Assembly (NCBI GenBank): GCA_964016885.1
Contig: OZ024741.1
Span: forward strand, 210,738,001 to 210,802,000
Reading direction: 5' to 3'
DNA: 64,000 nucleotides
DNA from: Eledone cirrhosa
Lineage: Eukaryota
The position numbers and the translations under genes are program-made. The notes beneath the pieces were generated by a model, which did not search any database, had not been told where the DNA came from, and was given only the letters and a program-made list of their open reading frames with translations. Below, one piece after another: positions 41,201-52,759 of the stretch (the stretch's first letter is position 1; each line of letters begins with the position of its first letter).

Positions 41201-42483
41201 TGTCTCAGCCACAGTCCATTGTCTCAGCCTCAGTCCACTGTCTCATCCTCAGTACACCTATCTCAGCCACAGTCCACTGTCTCAGCCTCAGTCCACCTAT
41301 CTCAGCCACAGTCCACCTATCTCAGCCACAGTCCACTGTCTCAGCCACAGTCCATTGTCTCAGCCTCAGTCCACCGTCTCAGCCTCAGTACACCTATCTC
41401 AGCCACAGTCCACTGTCTCAGCCACAATCCACCTATCTCAGCCAGAGTCCACCGTCTCAGCCACAGTCCACTGTCTCAGCCACAGTCCACTGTCTCAGTC
41501 TCATTCCACTGTCTCAGCCTCAGTCCACCTATCTCAGTCTCAGTCCACTGTCTCTGCCTCAGTCCACCTATCTCAGTCACAGTCCACTGTCTCAGCCACA
41601 GTCCACTGTCTCAGCCACAGTCCACCTATCTCAGCCACAGTCCACCTATCTCAGCCACAGTCCACTTATCTCAGTCTCAGTCCACTGTCTCAGCCACAGT
41701 CCACTGTCTCAGTCTCAGTCCACTGTCTCAGCCTCAGTCCACTGTCTCAGCCTCAGTCCACTGTCTTAGCCTCAGTCCACCTATCTCAGTCTCAGTTCAC
41801 TGTCTCAGCCACAGTCCACTGTCTCTATCTCGGTCCACCTATCTCAGCCACAGTCCACTGTCTCAGCCACAGTCCACTGTCTCAGCCACAGTCCACTGTC
41901 TCAGCTACAGTCCACTGTCTCGGCCACAGTCCACTGTCTCAGCCTCAGTCCACTGTCTCAGCCACAGTCCACTTATCTCAGCCTCAGTCCACTGTCTCAG
42001 TCTCAGTCCACCTATCTCAGCCACAGTCCACTTATCTCAGCCACAGTCCACTGTCTCAGCCTCAGTCCACTGTCTCAGCCACAGTCCACCTATCTCAACC
42101 ACAGTCCACTGTCTCAGCCTCAGTTCACCTATCTCAGCCACAGTCCACCTATCTCAGTCTCAGTCCACTGTCTCAGCCACAGTCCACCTATCTCAGCCAC
42201 AGTCCACTGTCTCAGCCTCAGTTCACCTATCTCAACCACAGTCCACCTATCTCAGTCTCAGTCCACTGTCTCAGCCACAGTCCACTGTCTCAGCCACAGT
42301 CCACCTATCTCAGCCACAGTCCACTGTCTCAGCCTCAGTTCACCTATCTCAACCACAGTCCACCTATCTCAGCCTCAGTCCACTGTCTCAGCCTCAGTTC
42401 ACCTATCTCAGCCACAGTCCACTGTCTCAGCCACAGTCCACCTATCTCAGCCACAGTCCACTGTCTCAGCCACAGTCCACCTA

Positions 42484-45400
42484 TCTCAGCCACAGTCCAC
42501 CTATCTAAGCCACAGTCCACTGTCTCAGCCTCAGTTCACCTATCTCAACCACAGTCCACCTATCTCAGTCTCAGTCCACTGTCTCAGCCACAGTCCACTG
42601 TCTCAGCCTCAGTTCACCTATCTCAACCACAGTCCACCTATCTCAGCCTCAGTCCACTGTCTCAGCCACAGTCCACCTATCTCAGCCACAGTCCACTGTC
42701 TCAGCCACAGTCCACTGTCTCAGTCTCAGTCCACCTATCTCAGCCACAGTCCACTGTCTCAGCCACAGTCTACCTATCTCAGCCACAGTCCACCTATCTC
42801 AGCCACAGTCCACTGTCTCAGCCACAGTCCACCTATCTCAGTCTCAGTCCACTGTCTCAGCCACAGTCCACTGTCTCAGTCTCAGTCCACCTATCTCAGC
42901 CACAGTCCACTGTCTCAGCCACAGTCCACCTATCTCAGCCACAGTCCACTGTCTCAGCCACATTCCACCTATCTCAGTCTCAGTCCACTGTCTCAGCCAC
43001 AGTCCACTGTCTCATTCTCAGTCCACCTATCTCAGCCACAGTCCACTGTCTCAGCCACAGTCCACCTATCTCAGCCACAGTCCACCTATCTCAGCCACAG
43101 TCCACCTATCTCACCCTCAGTCCACTGTCTCAGCCACAGTCCACCTATCTCAGCCTCAGTCCACTGTCTCAGCCTCAGTCCACTGTCTCAGCCTCAGTCC
43201 ACCTATCTCAGCCTCAGTCCACTGTCTCAGCCTCAGTCCACTGTCTCAGCCTCAGTCCACCTATCTCAGCCACAGTCCACTGTCTCACCCTCAGTCCACC
43301 GTCTCAGCCACAGTCCACTGTCTCAGCCACAGTCCACTGTCTCAGCCACAGTCCACTGTCTCAGCCACAGTCCACTGTCTCAGCCTCAGTTCACCTATCT
43401 CAACCACAGTCCACTGTCTCAGCCTCAGTTCACCTATCTCAACCACAGTCCACTGTCTCAGCCTCAGTCCACTGTCTCAGCCTCAGTTCACCTATCTCAA
43501 CCACAGTCCACTGTCTCAGCCTCAGTCCACTGTCTCAGCCACAGTCCACTGTCTCAGCCACAGTCCACTGTCTCAGCCTCAGTCCACTGTCTCAGCCACA
43601 GTCCACTGTCTCAGTCTCAGTCCACTGTCTCAGCCTCAGTCCACCTATCTCAGCCACAGTCCACTGTCTCAACCACAGTCCACTGTCTCAGCCTCAGTTC
43701 ACCTATCTCAACCACAGTCCACTGTCTCAGCCTCAGTCCACTGTCTCAGCCACAGTCCACTGTCTCAGCCTCAGTCCACTGTCTCAGCCACAGTCCACCT
43801 ATCTCAGCCACAGTCCACTGTCTCAGCCACAGTCCACCTATCTCAGCCACAGTCCACTGTCTCAGCCACAGTCCACCTATCTCGGCCACAGTACACTGTC
43901 TCAGCCTCAGTTCACCTATCTCAACCACAGTCCACTGTCTCAGCCTCAGTTCACCTATCTCAGCCACAGTCCACTGTCTCAGCCACAGTCCACCTATCTC
44001 AGCCACAGTCCACTGTCTCAGCCTCAGTTCACCTATCTCAACCACAGTCCACTGTCTCAGCCTCAGTTCACCTATCTCAGCCACAGTCCACCTATCTCAG
44101 TCTCAGTCCACTGTCTCAGCCACAGTCCACCTATCTCAGCCACAGTCCACTGTCTCAGCCACAGTCCACCTATCTCAACCACAGTCCACTGTCTCAGCCA
44201 CAGTCCACCTATCTAAGCCACAGTCCACTGTCTCAGCCTCAGTTCACCTATCTCAACCACAGTCCACCTATCTCAGTCTCAGTCCACTGTCTCAGCCACA
44301 GTCCACTGTCTCAGCCTCAGTTCACCTATCTCAACCACAGTCCACCTATCTCAGCCTCAGTCCACTGTCTCAGCCACAGTCCACCTATCTCAGCCACAGT
44401 CCACTGTCTCAGCCACAGTCCACTGTCTCAGTCTCAGTCCACCTATCTCAGCCACAGTCCACTGTCTCAGCCACAGTCCACCTATCTCAGCCACAGTCCA
44501 CCTATCTCAGCCACAGTCCACTGTCTCAGCCACAGTCCACCTATCTCAGTCTCAGTCCACTGTCTCAGCCACAGTCCACTGTCTCAGTCTCAGTCCACCT
44601 ATCTCAGCCACAGTCCACTGTCTCAGCCACAGTCCACCTATCTCAGCCACAGTCCACTGTCTCAGCCACATTCCACCTATCTCAGTCTCAGTCCACTGTC
44701 TCAGCCACAGTCCACTGTCTCATTCTCAGTCCACCTATCTCAGCCACAGTCCACTGTCTCAGCCACAGTCCACCTATCTCAGCCACAGTCCACCTATCTC
44801 AGCCACAGTCCACCTATCTCACCCTCAGTCCACTGTCTCAGCCACAGTCCACCTATCTCAGCCTCAGTCCACTGTCTCAGCCTCAGTCCACTGTCTCAGC
44901 CTCAGTCCACCTATCTCAGCCTCAGTCCACTGTCTCAGCCTCAGTCCACTGTCTCAGCCTCAGTCCACCTATCTCAGCCACAGTCCACTGTCTCACCCTC
45001 AGTCCACCGTCTCAGCCACAGTCCACTGTCTCAGCCACAGTCCACTGTCTCAGCCACAGTCCACTGTCTCAGCCACAGTCCACTGTCTCAGCCTCAGTTC
45101 ACCTATCTCAACCACAGTCCACTGTCTCAGCCTCAGTTCACCTATCTCAACCACAGTCCACTGTCTCAGCCTCAGTCCACTGTCTCAGCCTCAGTTCACC
45201 TATCTCAACCACAGTCCACTGTCTCAGCCTCAGTCCACTGTCTCAGCCACAGTCCACTGTCTCAGCCACAGTCCACTGTCTCAGCCTCAGTCCACTGTCT
45301 CAGCCACAGTCCACTGTCTCAGTCTCAGTCCACTGTCTCAGCCTCAGTCCACCTATCTCAGCCACAGTCCACTGTCTCAACCACAGTCCACTGTCTCAGC

Positions 45401-45868
45401 CTCAGTTCACCTATCTCAACCACAGTCCACTGTCTCAGCCTCAGTCCACTGTCTCAGCCACAGTCCACTGTCTCAGCCTCAGTCCACTGTCTCAGCCACA
45501 GTCCACCTATCTCAGCCACAGTCCACTGTCTCAGCCACAGTCCACCTATCTCAGCCACAGTCCACTGTCTCAGCCACAGTCCACCTATCTCGGCCACAGT
45601 ACACTGTCTCAGCCTCAGTTCACCTATCTCAACCACAGTCCACTGTCTCAGCCTCAGTTCACCTATCTCAGCCACAGTCCACTGTCTCAGCCACAGTCCA
45701 CCTATCTCAGCCACAGTCCACTGTCTCAGCCTCAGTTCACCTATCTCAACCACAGTCCACTGTCTCAGCCTCAGTTCACCTATCTCAGCCACAGTCCACC
45801 TATCTCAGTCTCAGTCCACTGTCTCAGCCACAGTCCACCTATCTCAGCCACAGTCCACTGTCTCAGCC
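42484..45868. repeat. 1708-bp tandem duplication at the start of domain B
   Basis: CTATCTAAG at 42501/44209, CTCGGCCACAGTACAC at 43881/45589, identical minus-strand ORFs at 43746/45454. Confidence 0.88.
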
Positions 45869-46340
45869 TCAGTTCACCTATCTCAGCCACAGTCCACCTA
45901 TCTCAGTCTCAGTCCACTGTCTCAGCCACAGTCCACCTATCTCAGCCACAGTCCACTGTCTCAGCCTCAGTTCACCTATCTCAACCACAGTCCACCTATC
46001 TCAGTCTCAGTCCACTGTCTCAGCCACAGTCCACCTATCTCAGCCACAGTCCACTGTCTCAGCCTCAGTTCACCTATCTCAACCACAGTCCACCTATCTC
46101 AGTCTCAGTCCACTGTCTCAGCCACAGTCCACCTATCTCAACCACAGTCCACTGTCTCAGCCTCAGTTCACCTATCTCAGCCACAGTCCACCTATCTCAG
46201 TCTCAGTCCACTGTCTCAGCCACAGTCCACCTATCTCAGCCACAGTCCACTGTCTCAGCCTCAGTTCACCTATCTCAACCACAGTCCACCTATCTCAGTC
46301 TCAGTCCACTGTCTCAGCCACAGTCCACTGTCTCAGCCAC
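45773..46340. repeat. Run of ~6 copies of a 98-bp five-monomer unit (recurs at about 48962-49530, 53078-53640, 55046-55610)
   Basis: AGTTCAC at 45773, 45871, 45969, 46067, 46165, 46263, exactly 98 bp apart (20+20+19+20+19). The same spacing holds at 53078-53568. Confidence 0.9.
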
Positions 46341-49300
46341 AGTCCACCTATCTCAGCCACAGTCCACTGTCTCAGCCTCAGTTCACCTATCTCAACCACA
46401 GTCCACCTATCTCAGCCTCAGTCCACTGTCTCAGCCTCAGTTCACCTATCTCAGCCACAGTCCACTGTCTCAGCCACAGTCCACCTATCTCAGCCACAGT
46501 CCACTGTCTCAGCCACAGTCCACCTATCTCAACCACAGTCCACTGTCTCAGCCACAGTCCACCTATCTAAGCCACAGTCCACTGTCTCAGCCTCAGTTCA
46601 CCTATCTCAACCACAGTCCACCTATCTCAGTCTCAGTCCACTGTGTCAGCCACAGTCCACTGTCTCAGCCACAGTCCACCTATCTCAGCCACAGTCCACT
46701 GTCTCAGCCTCAGTTAACCTATCTCAGCCACAGTCCACTGTCTCAGCCACAGTCCACCTATCTCAGCCACAGTCCACTGTCTCAGCCACAGTCCACCTAT
46801 CTCAACCACAGTCCACTGTCTCAGCCACAGTCCACCTATCTCAGCCTCAGTCCACTGTCTCAGCCTCAGTCCACTGTCTCAGCCACAGTCCACTGTCTCA
46901 GCCTCAGTCCACTGTCTCAGCCACAGTCCACCTATCTCAGCCACAGTCCACTGTCTCAGCCACAGTCCACCTATCTCAGCCACAGTCCACTGTCTCAGCC
47001 TCAGTCCACCTATCTCAGCCAGAGTCCACTGTCTCAGCCTCAGTCCACTGTCTCAGCCACAGTCCGCCTATCTCAGCCACAGTCCACCTATCTCACCCTC
47101 AGTCCACTGTCTCAGCCACAGTCCACCTATTTCAGCCTCAGTCCACTGTCTCAGCCTCAGTCCACTGTCTCAGCCTCAGTCCACCTATCTCAACCTCAGT
47201 CCACTGTCTCAGCCTCAGTCCACTGTCTCAGCCTCAGTCCACCTATCTCAGCCACAGTCCACTGTCTCACCCTCAGTCCACCGTCTCAGCCACAGTCCAC
47301 TGTCTCAGCCACAGTCCACTGTCTCAGCCACAGTCCACTGTCTCAGCCACAGTCCACTGTCTCAGCCTCAGTCCACCTATCTCAACCACAGTCCACTGTC
47401 TCAGCCAAGTCCACCTATCTCAGCCACAGTCCACTGTCTCAGCCTCAGTTCACCTATCTCAGCCACAGTCCACTGTCTCAGCCACAGTCCACCTATCTCA
47501 ACCACAGTCCACTGTCTCAGCCACAGTCCACCTATCTAAGCCACAGTCCACTGTCTCAGCCTCAGTTCACCTATCTCAACCACAGTCCACCTATCTCAGT
47601 CTCAGTCCACTGTCTCAGCCACAGTCCACTGTCTCAGCCACAGTCCACCTATCTCAGCCACAGTCCACTGTCTCAGCCTCAGTTCACCTATCTCAACCAC
47701 AGTCCACCTATCTCAGCCTCAGTCCACTGTCTCAGCCACAGTCCACCTATCTCAGCCACAGTCCACTGTCTCAGCCACAGTCCACTGTCTCAGTCTCAGT
47801 CCACCTATCTCAGCCACAGTCCACTGTCTCAGCCACAGTCCACCTACTCAGCCACAGTCCACCTATCTCAGCCACAGTCCACTGTCTCAGCCACAGTCCA
47901 CCTATCTCAGTCTCAGTCCACTGTCTCAGCCACAGTCCACTGTCTCAGTCTCAGTCCACCTATCTCAGCCACAGTCCACTGTCTCAGCCACAGTCCACCT
48001 ATCTCAGCCACAGTCCACTGTCTCAGCCACATTCCACCTATCTCAGTCTCAGTCCACTGTCTCAGCCACAGTCCACTGTCTCATTCTCAGTCCACCTATC
48101 TCAGCCACAGTCCACTGTCTCAGCCACAGTCCACCTATCTCAGCCACAGTCCACCTATCTCAGCCACAGTCCACCTATCTCACCCTCAGTCCACTGTCTC
48201 AGCCACAGTCCACCTATCTCAGCCTCAGTCCACTGTCTCAGCCTCAGTCCACTGTCTCAGCCTCAGTCCACCTATCTCAGCCTCAGTCCACTGTCTCAGC
48301 CTCAGTCCACTGTCTCAGCCTCAGTCCACCTATCTCAGCCACAGTCCACTGTCTCACCCTCAGTCCACCGTCTCAGCCACAGTCCACTGTCTCAGCCACA
48401 GTCCACTGTCTCAGCCACAGTCCACTGTCTCAGCCACAGTCCACTGTCTCAGCCTCAGTTCACCTATCTCAACCACAGTCCACTGTCTCAGCCTCAGTCC
48501 ACCTATCTCAGCCACAGTCCACTGTCTCAACCACAGTCCACTGTCTCAGCCTCAGTTCACCTATCTCAACCACAGTCCACTGTCTCAGCCTCAGTCCACT
48601 GTCTCAGCCACAGTCCACTGTCTCAGCCTCAGTCCACTGTCTCAGCCACAGTCCACCTATCTCAGCCACAGTCCACTGTCTCAGCCACAGTCCACCTATC
48701 TCAGCCACAGTCCACTGTCTCAGCCACAGTCCACCTATCTCGGCCACAGTACACTGTCTCAGCCTCAGTTCACCTATCTCAACCACAGTCCACTGTCTCA
48801 GCCTCAGTTCACCTATCTCAGCCACAGTCCACTGTCTCAGCCACAGTCCACCTATCTCAGTCTCAGTCCACTGTCTCAGCCACAGTCCACCTATCTCAGC
48901 CACAGTCCACTGTCTCAGCCTCAGTTCACCTATCTCAACCACAGTCCACTGTCTCAGCCTCTGTTCACCTATCTCAGCCACAGTCCACCTATCTCAGTCT
49001 CAGTCCACTGTCTCAGCCACAGTCCACCTATCTCAGCCACAGTCCACTGTCTCAGCCTCAGTTCACCTATCTCAGCCACAGTCCACCTATCTCAGTCTCA
49101 GTCCACTGTCTCAGCCACAGTCCACCTATCTCAGCCACAGTCCACTGTCTCAGCCTCAGTTCACCTATCTCAACCACAGTCCACCTATCTCAGTCTCAGT
49201 CCACTGTCTCAGCCACAGTCCACCTATCTCAGCCACAGTCCACTGTCTCAGCCTCAGTTCACCTATCTCAACCACAGTCCACCTATCTCAGTCTCAGTCC

Positions 49301-51229
49301 ACTGTCTCAGCCACAGTCCACCTATCTCAACCACAGTCCACTGTCTCAGCCTCAGTTCACCTATCTCAGCCACAGTCCACCTATCTCAGTCTCAGTCCAC
49401 TGTCTCAGCCACAGTCCACCTATCTCAGCCACAGTCCACTGTCTCAGCCTCAGTTCACCTATCTCAACCACAGTCCACCTATCTCAGTCTCAGTCCACTG
49501 TCTCAGCCACAGTCCACTGTCTCAGCCACAGTCCACTGTCTCAGCCACAGTCCACTGTCTCAGCCACAGTCCACCTATCTCAGCCACAGTCCACTGTCTC
49601 AGCCTCAGTTCACCTATCTCAACCACAGTCCACCTATCTCAGCCTCAGTCCACTGTCTCAGCCTCAGTTCACCTATCTCAGCCACAGTCCACTGTCTCAG
49701 CCACAGTCCACCTATCTCAGCCACAGTCCACTGTCTCAGCCACAGTCCACCTATCTCAACCACAGTCCACTGTCTTAGCCACAGTCCACCTATCTAAGCC
49801 ACAGTCCACTGTCTCAGCCTCAGTTCACCTATCTCAACCACAGTCCACCTATCTCAGTCTCAGTCCACTGTCTCAGCCACAGTCCACTGTCTCAGCCACA
49901 GTCCACCTATCTCAGCCACAGTCCACTGTCTCAGCCTCAGTTCACCTATCTCAACCACAGTCCACCTATCTCAGCCTCAGTCCACTGTCTCAGCCTCAGT
50001 TCACCTATCTCAGCCACAGTCCACTGTCTCAGCCACAGTCCACCTATCTCAGCCACAGTCCACTGTCTCAGCCACAGTCCACCTATCTCAACCACAGTCC
50101 ACTGTCTCAGCCACAGTCCACCTATCTCAGCCTCCGTCCACTGTCTCAGCCTCAGTCCACTGTCTCAGCCACAGTCCACTGTCTCAGCCTCAGTCCACTG
50201 TCTCAGCCACAGTCCACCTATCTCAGCCACAGTCCACTGTCTCAGCCACAGTCCACCTATCTCAGCCACAGTCCACTGTCTCAGCCTCAGTCCACCTATC
50301 TCAGCCAGAGTCCACTGTCTCAGCCTCAGTCCACTGTCTCAGCCACAGTCCGCCTATCTCAGCCACAGTCCACCTATCTCACCCTCAGTCCACTGTCTCA
50401 GCCACAGTCCACCTATCTCAGCCTCAGTCCACTGTCTCAGCCTCAGTCCACTGTCTCAGCCTCAGTCCACCTATCTCAACCTCAGTCCACTGTCTCAGCC
50501 TCAGTCCACTGTCTCAGCCTCAGTCCACCTATCTCAGCCACAGTCCACTGTCTCACCCTCAGTCCACCGTCTCAGCCACAGTCCACTGTCTCAGCCACAG
50601 TCCACTGTCTCAGCCACAGTCCACTGTCTCAGCCACATTCCACTGTCTCAGCCTCAGTCCACCTATCTCAACCACAGTCCACTGTCTCAGCCTCAGTCCA
50701 CTGTCTCAGCCACAGTCCACCTATTTCAGCCACAGTCCACTGTCTCAGCCACAGTCCACCTATCTCAACCACAGTCCACTGTCTCAGCCTCAGTCCACTG
50801 TCTCAGCCACAGTCCACCTATTTCAGCCACAGTCCACTGTCTCAGCCACAGTCCACCTATCTCAGCCACAGTCCACTGTCTCAGTCTCAGTCCACCTATC
50901 TCAGTCTCAGTCCACTGTCTCAGCCACAGTCCACTGTCTCAGTCTCAGTCCACCTATCTCAGCCACAGTCCACTGTCTCAGCCTCAGTCCACTGTCTCAG
51001 CCACAGTCCACTGTCTCAGCCTCAGTCCACTGTCTCAGCCTCAGTCCACCTATCTCAACCACAGTCCACTGTCTCAGCCTCAGTTCACCTATCTCAGCCA
51101 CAGTCCACTGTCTCAGCCTCAGTCCACTGTCTCAGCCACAGTCCACTGTCTCAGCCTCAGTCCACTGTCTCAGCCTCAGTCCACCTATCTCAACCACAGT
51201 CCACTGTCTCAGCCACAGTCCACCTATCT

Positions 51230-52060
51230 CAGCCACAGTCCACTGTCTCAGCCTCAGTCCACTGTCTCAGCCACAGTCCACCTATCTCAGCCACAGTCCA
51301 CTGTCTCAGCCACAGTCCACTGTCTCAGTCTCAGTCCACCTATCTCAGCCACAGTCCACTGTCTCAGCCACAGTCCACCTATCTCAGCCACAGTCCACCT
51401 ATCTCAGCCACAGTCCACTGTCTCAGCCACAGTCCACTGTCTCAGTCTCAGTCCACCTATCTCAGCCACAGTCCACTGTCTCAGCCACAGTCCACCTATC
51501 TCAGCCACAGTCCACTGTCTCAGCCACATTCCACCTATCTCAGTTTCAGTCCACTGTCTCAGCCACAGTCCACTGTCTCATTCTCAGTCCACCTATCTCA
51601 GCCACAGTCCACTGTCTCAGCCACAGTCCACCTATCTCAGCCACAGTCCACTGTCTCAGCCTCAGTCCACTGTCTCAGCCACAGTCCACCTATCTCAGCC
51701 ACAGTCCACTGTCTCAGCCACAGTCCACTGTCTCAGTCTCAGTCCACCTATCTCAGCCACAGTCCACTGTCTCAGCCACAGTCCACCTATCTCAGCCACA
51801 GTCCACCTATCTCAGCCACAGTCCACTGTCTCAGCCACAGTCCACTGTCTCAGTCTCAGTCCACCTATCTCAGCCACAGTCCACTGTCTCAGCCACAGTC
51901 CACCTATCTCAGCCACAGTCCACTGTCTCAGCCACATTCCACCTATCTCAGTTTCAGTCCACTGTCTCAGCCACAGTCCACTGTCTCATTCTCAGTCCAC
52001 CTATCTCAGCCACAGTCCACTGTCTCAGCCACAGTCCACCTATCTCAGCCACAGTCCACC
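51230..52060. repeat. 408-bp tandem duplication
   Basis: The rare variant CAGTTTCAG occurs at 51541 and 51949, each flanked by CACATTCC and CTCATTCTC. Confidence 0.8.
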
Positions 52061-52759
52061 TATCTCAGCCACAGTCCACCTATCTCACCCTCAGTCCACT
52101 GTCTCAGCCACAGTCCACCTATCTCAGCCTCAGTCCACTGTCTCAGCCTCAGTCCACTGTCTCAGCCTCGGTCCACCTATCTCAGCCTCAGTCCACTGTC
52201 TCAGCCTCAGTCCACTGTCTCAGCCTCAGTCCACCTATCTCAGCCACAGTCCACTGTCTCACCCTCAGTCCACCGTCTCAGCCACAGTCCACTGTCTCAG
52301 CCACAGTCCACTGTCTCAGCCACAGTCCACTGTCTCAGCCACAGTCCACTGTCTCAGCCTCAGTTCACCTATCTCAACCACAGTCCACTGTCTCAGCCTC
52401 AGTTCACCTATCTCAACCACAGTCCACTGTCTCAGCCTCAGTCCACTGTCTCAGCCTCAGTTCACCTATCTCAACCACAGTCCACTGTCTCAGCCTCAGT
52501 CCACTGTCTCAGCCACAGTCCACTGTCTCAGCCACAGTCCACTGTCTCAGCCTCAGTCCACTGTCTCAGCCACAGTCCACTGTCTCAGTCTCAGTCCACT
52601 GTCTCAGCCTCAGTCCACCTATCTCAGCCACAGTCCACTGTCTCAACCACAGTCCACTGTCTCAGCCTCAGTTCACCTATCTCAACCACAGTCCACTGTC
52701 TCAGCCTCAGTCCACTGTCTCAGCCACAGTCCACTGTCTCAGCCTCAGTCCACTGTCTC

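Larger units (their letters stand above)
1..42089. repeat. Satellite subfamily domain A (variant-rich)
   Basis: Recurring diagnostic variants include CTCATCCTCAGTCAAC, AGACCACTTAT, AGTACACCTAT, CTACCTCAGCCTC, GCCATAG, AATCCACCTAACTCAGCCAG, AGTCTCACTGT and AGTGCAC. They recur throughout this interval and are essentially absent to the right. Confidence 0.9.

Noticed and set aside
47390-47855. Two single-base-deletion monomers (CCAAGT near 47405; CTACTCAG near 47844)
   Set aside because: They are singletons not seen in sister blocks and are typical of long-read indel errors.
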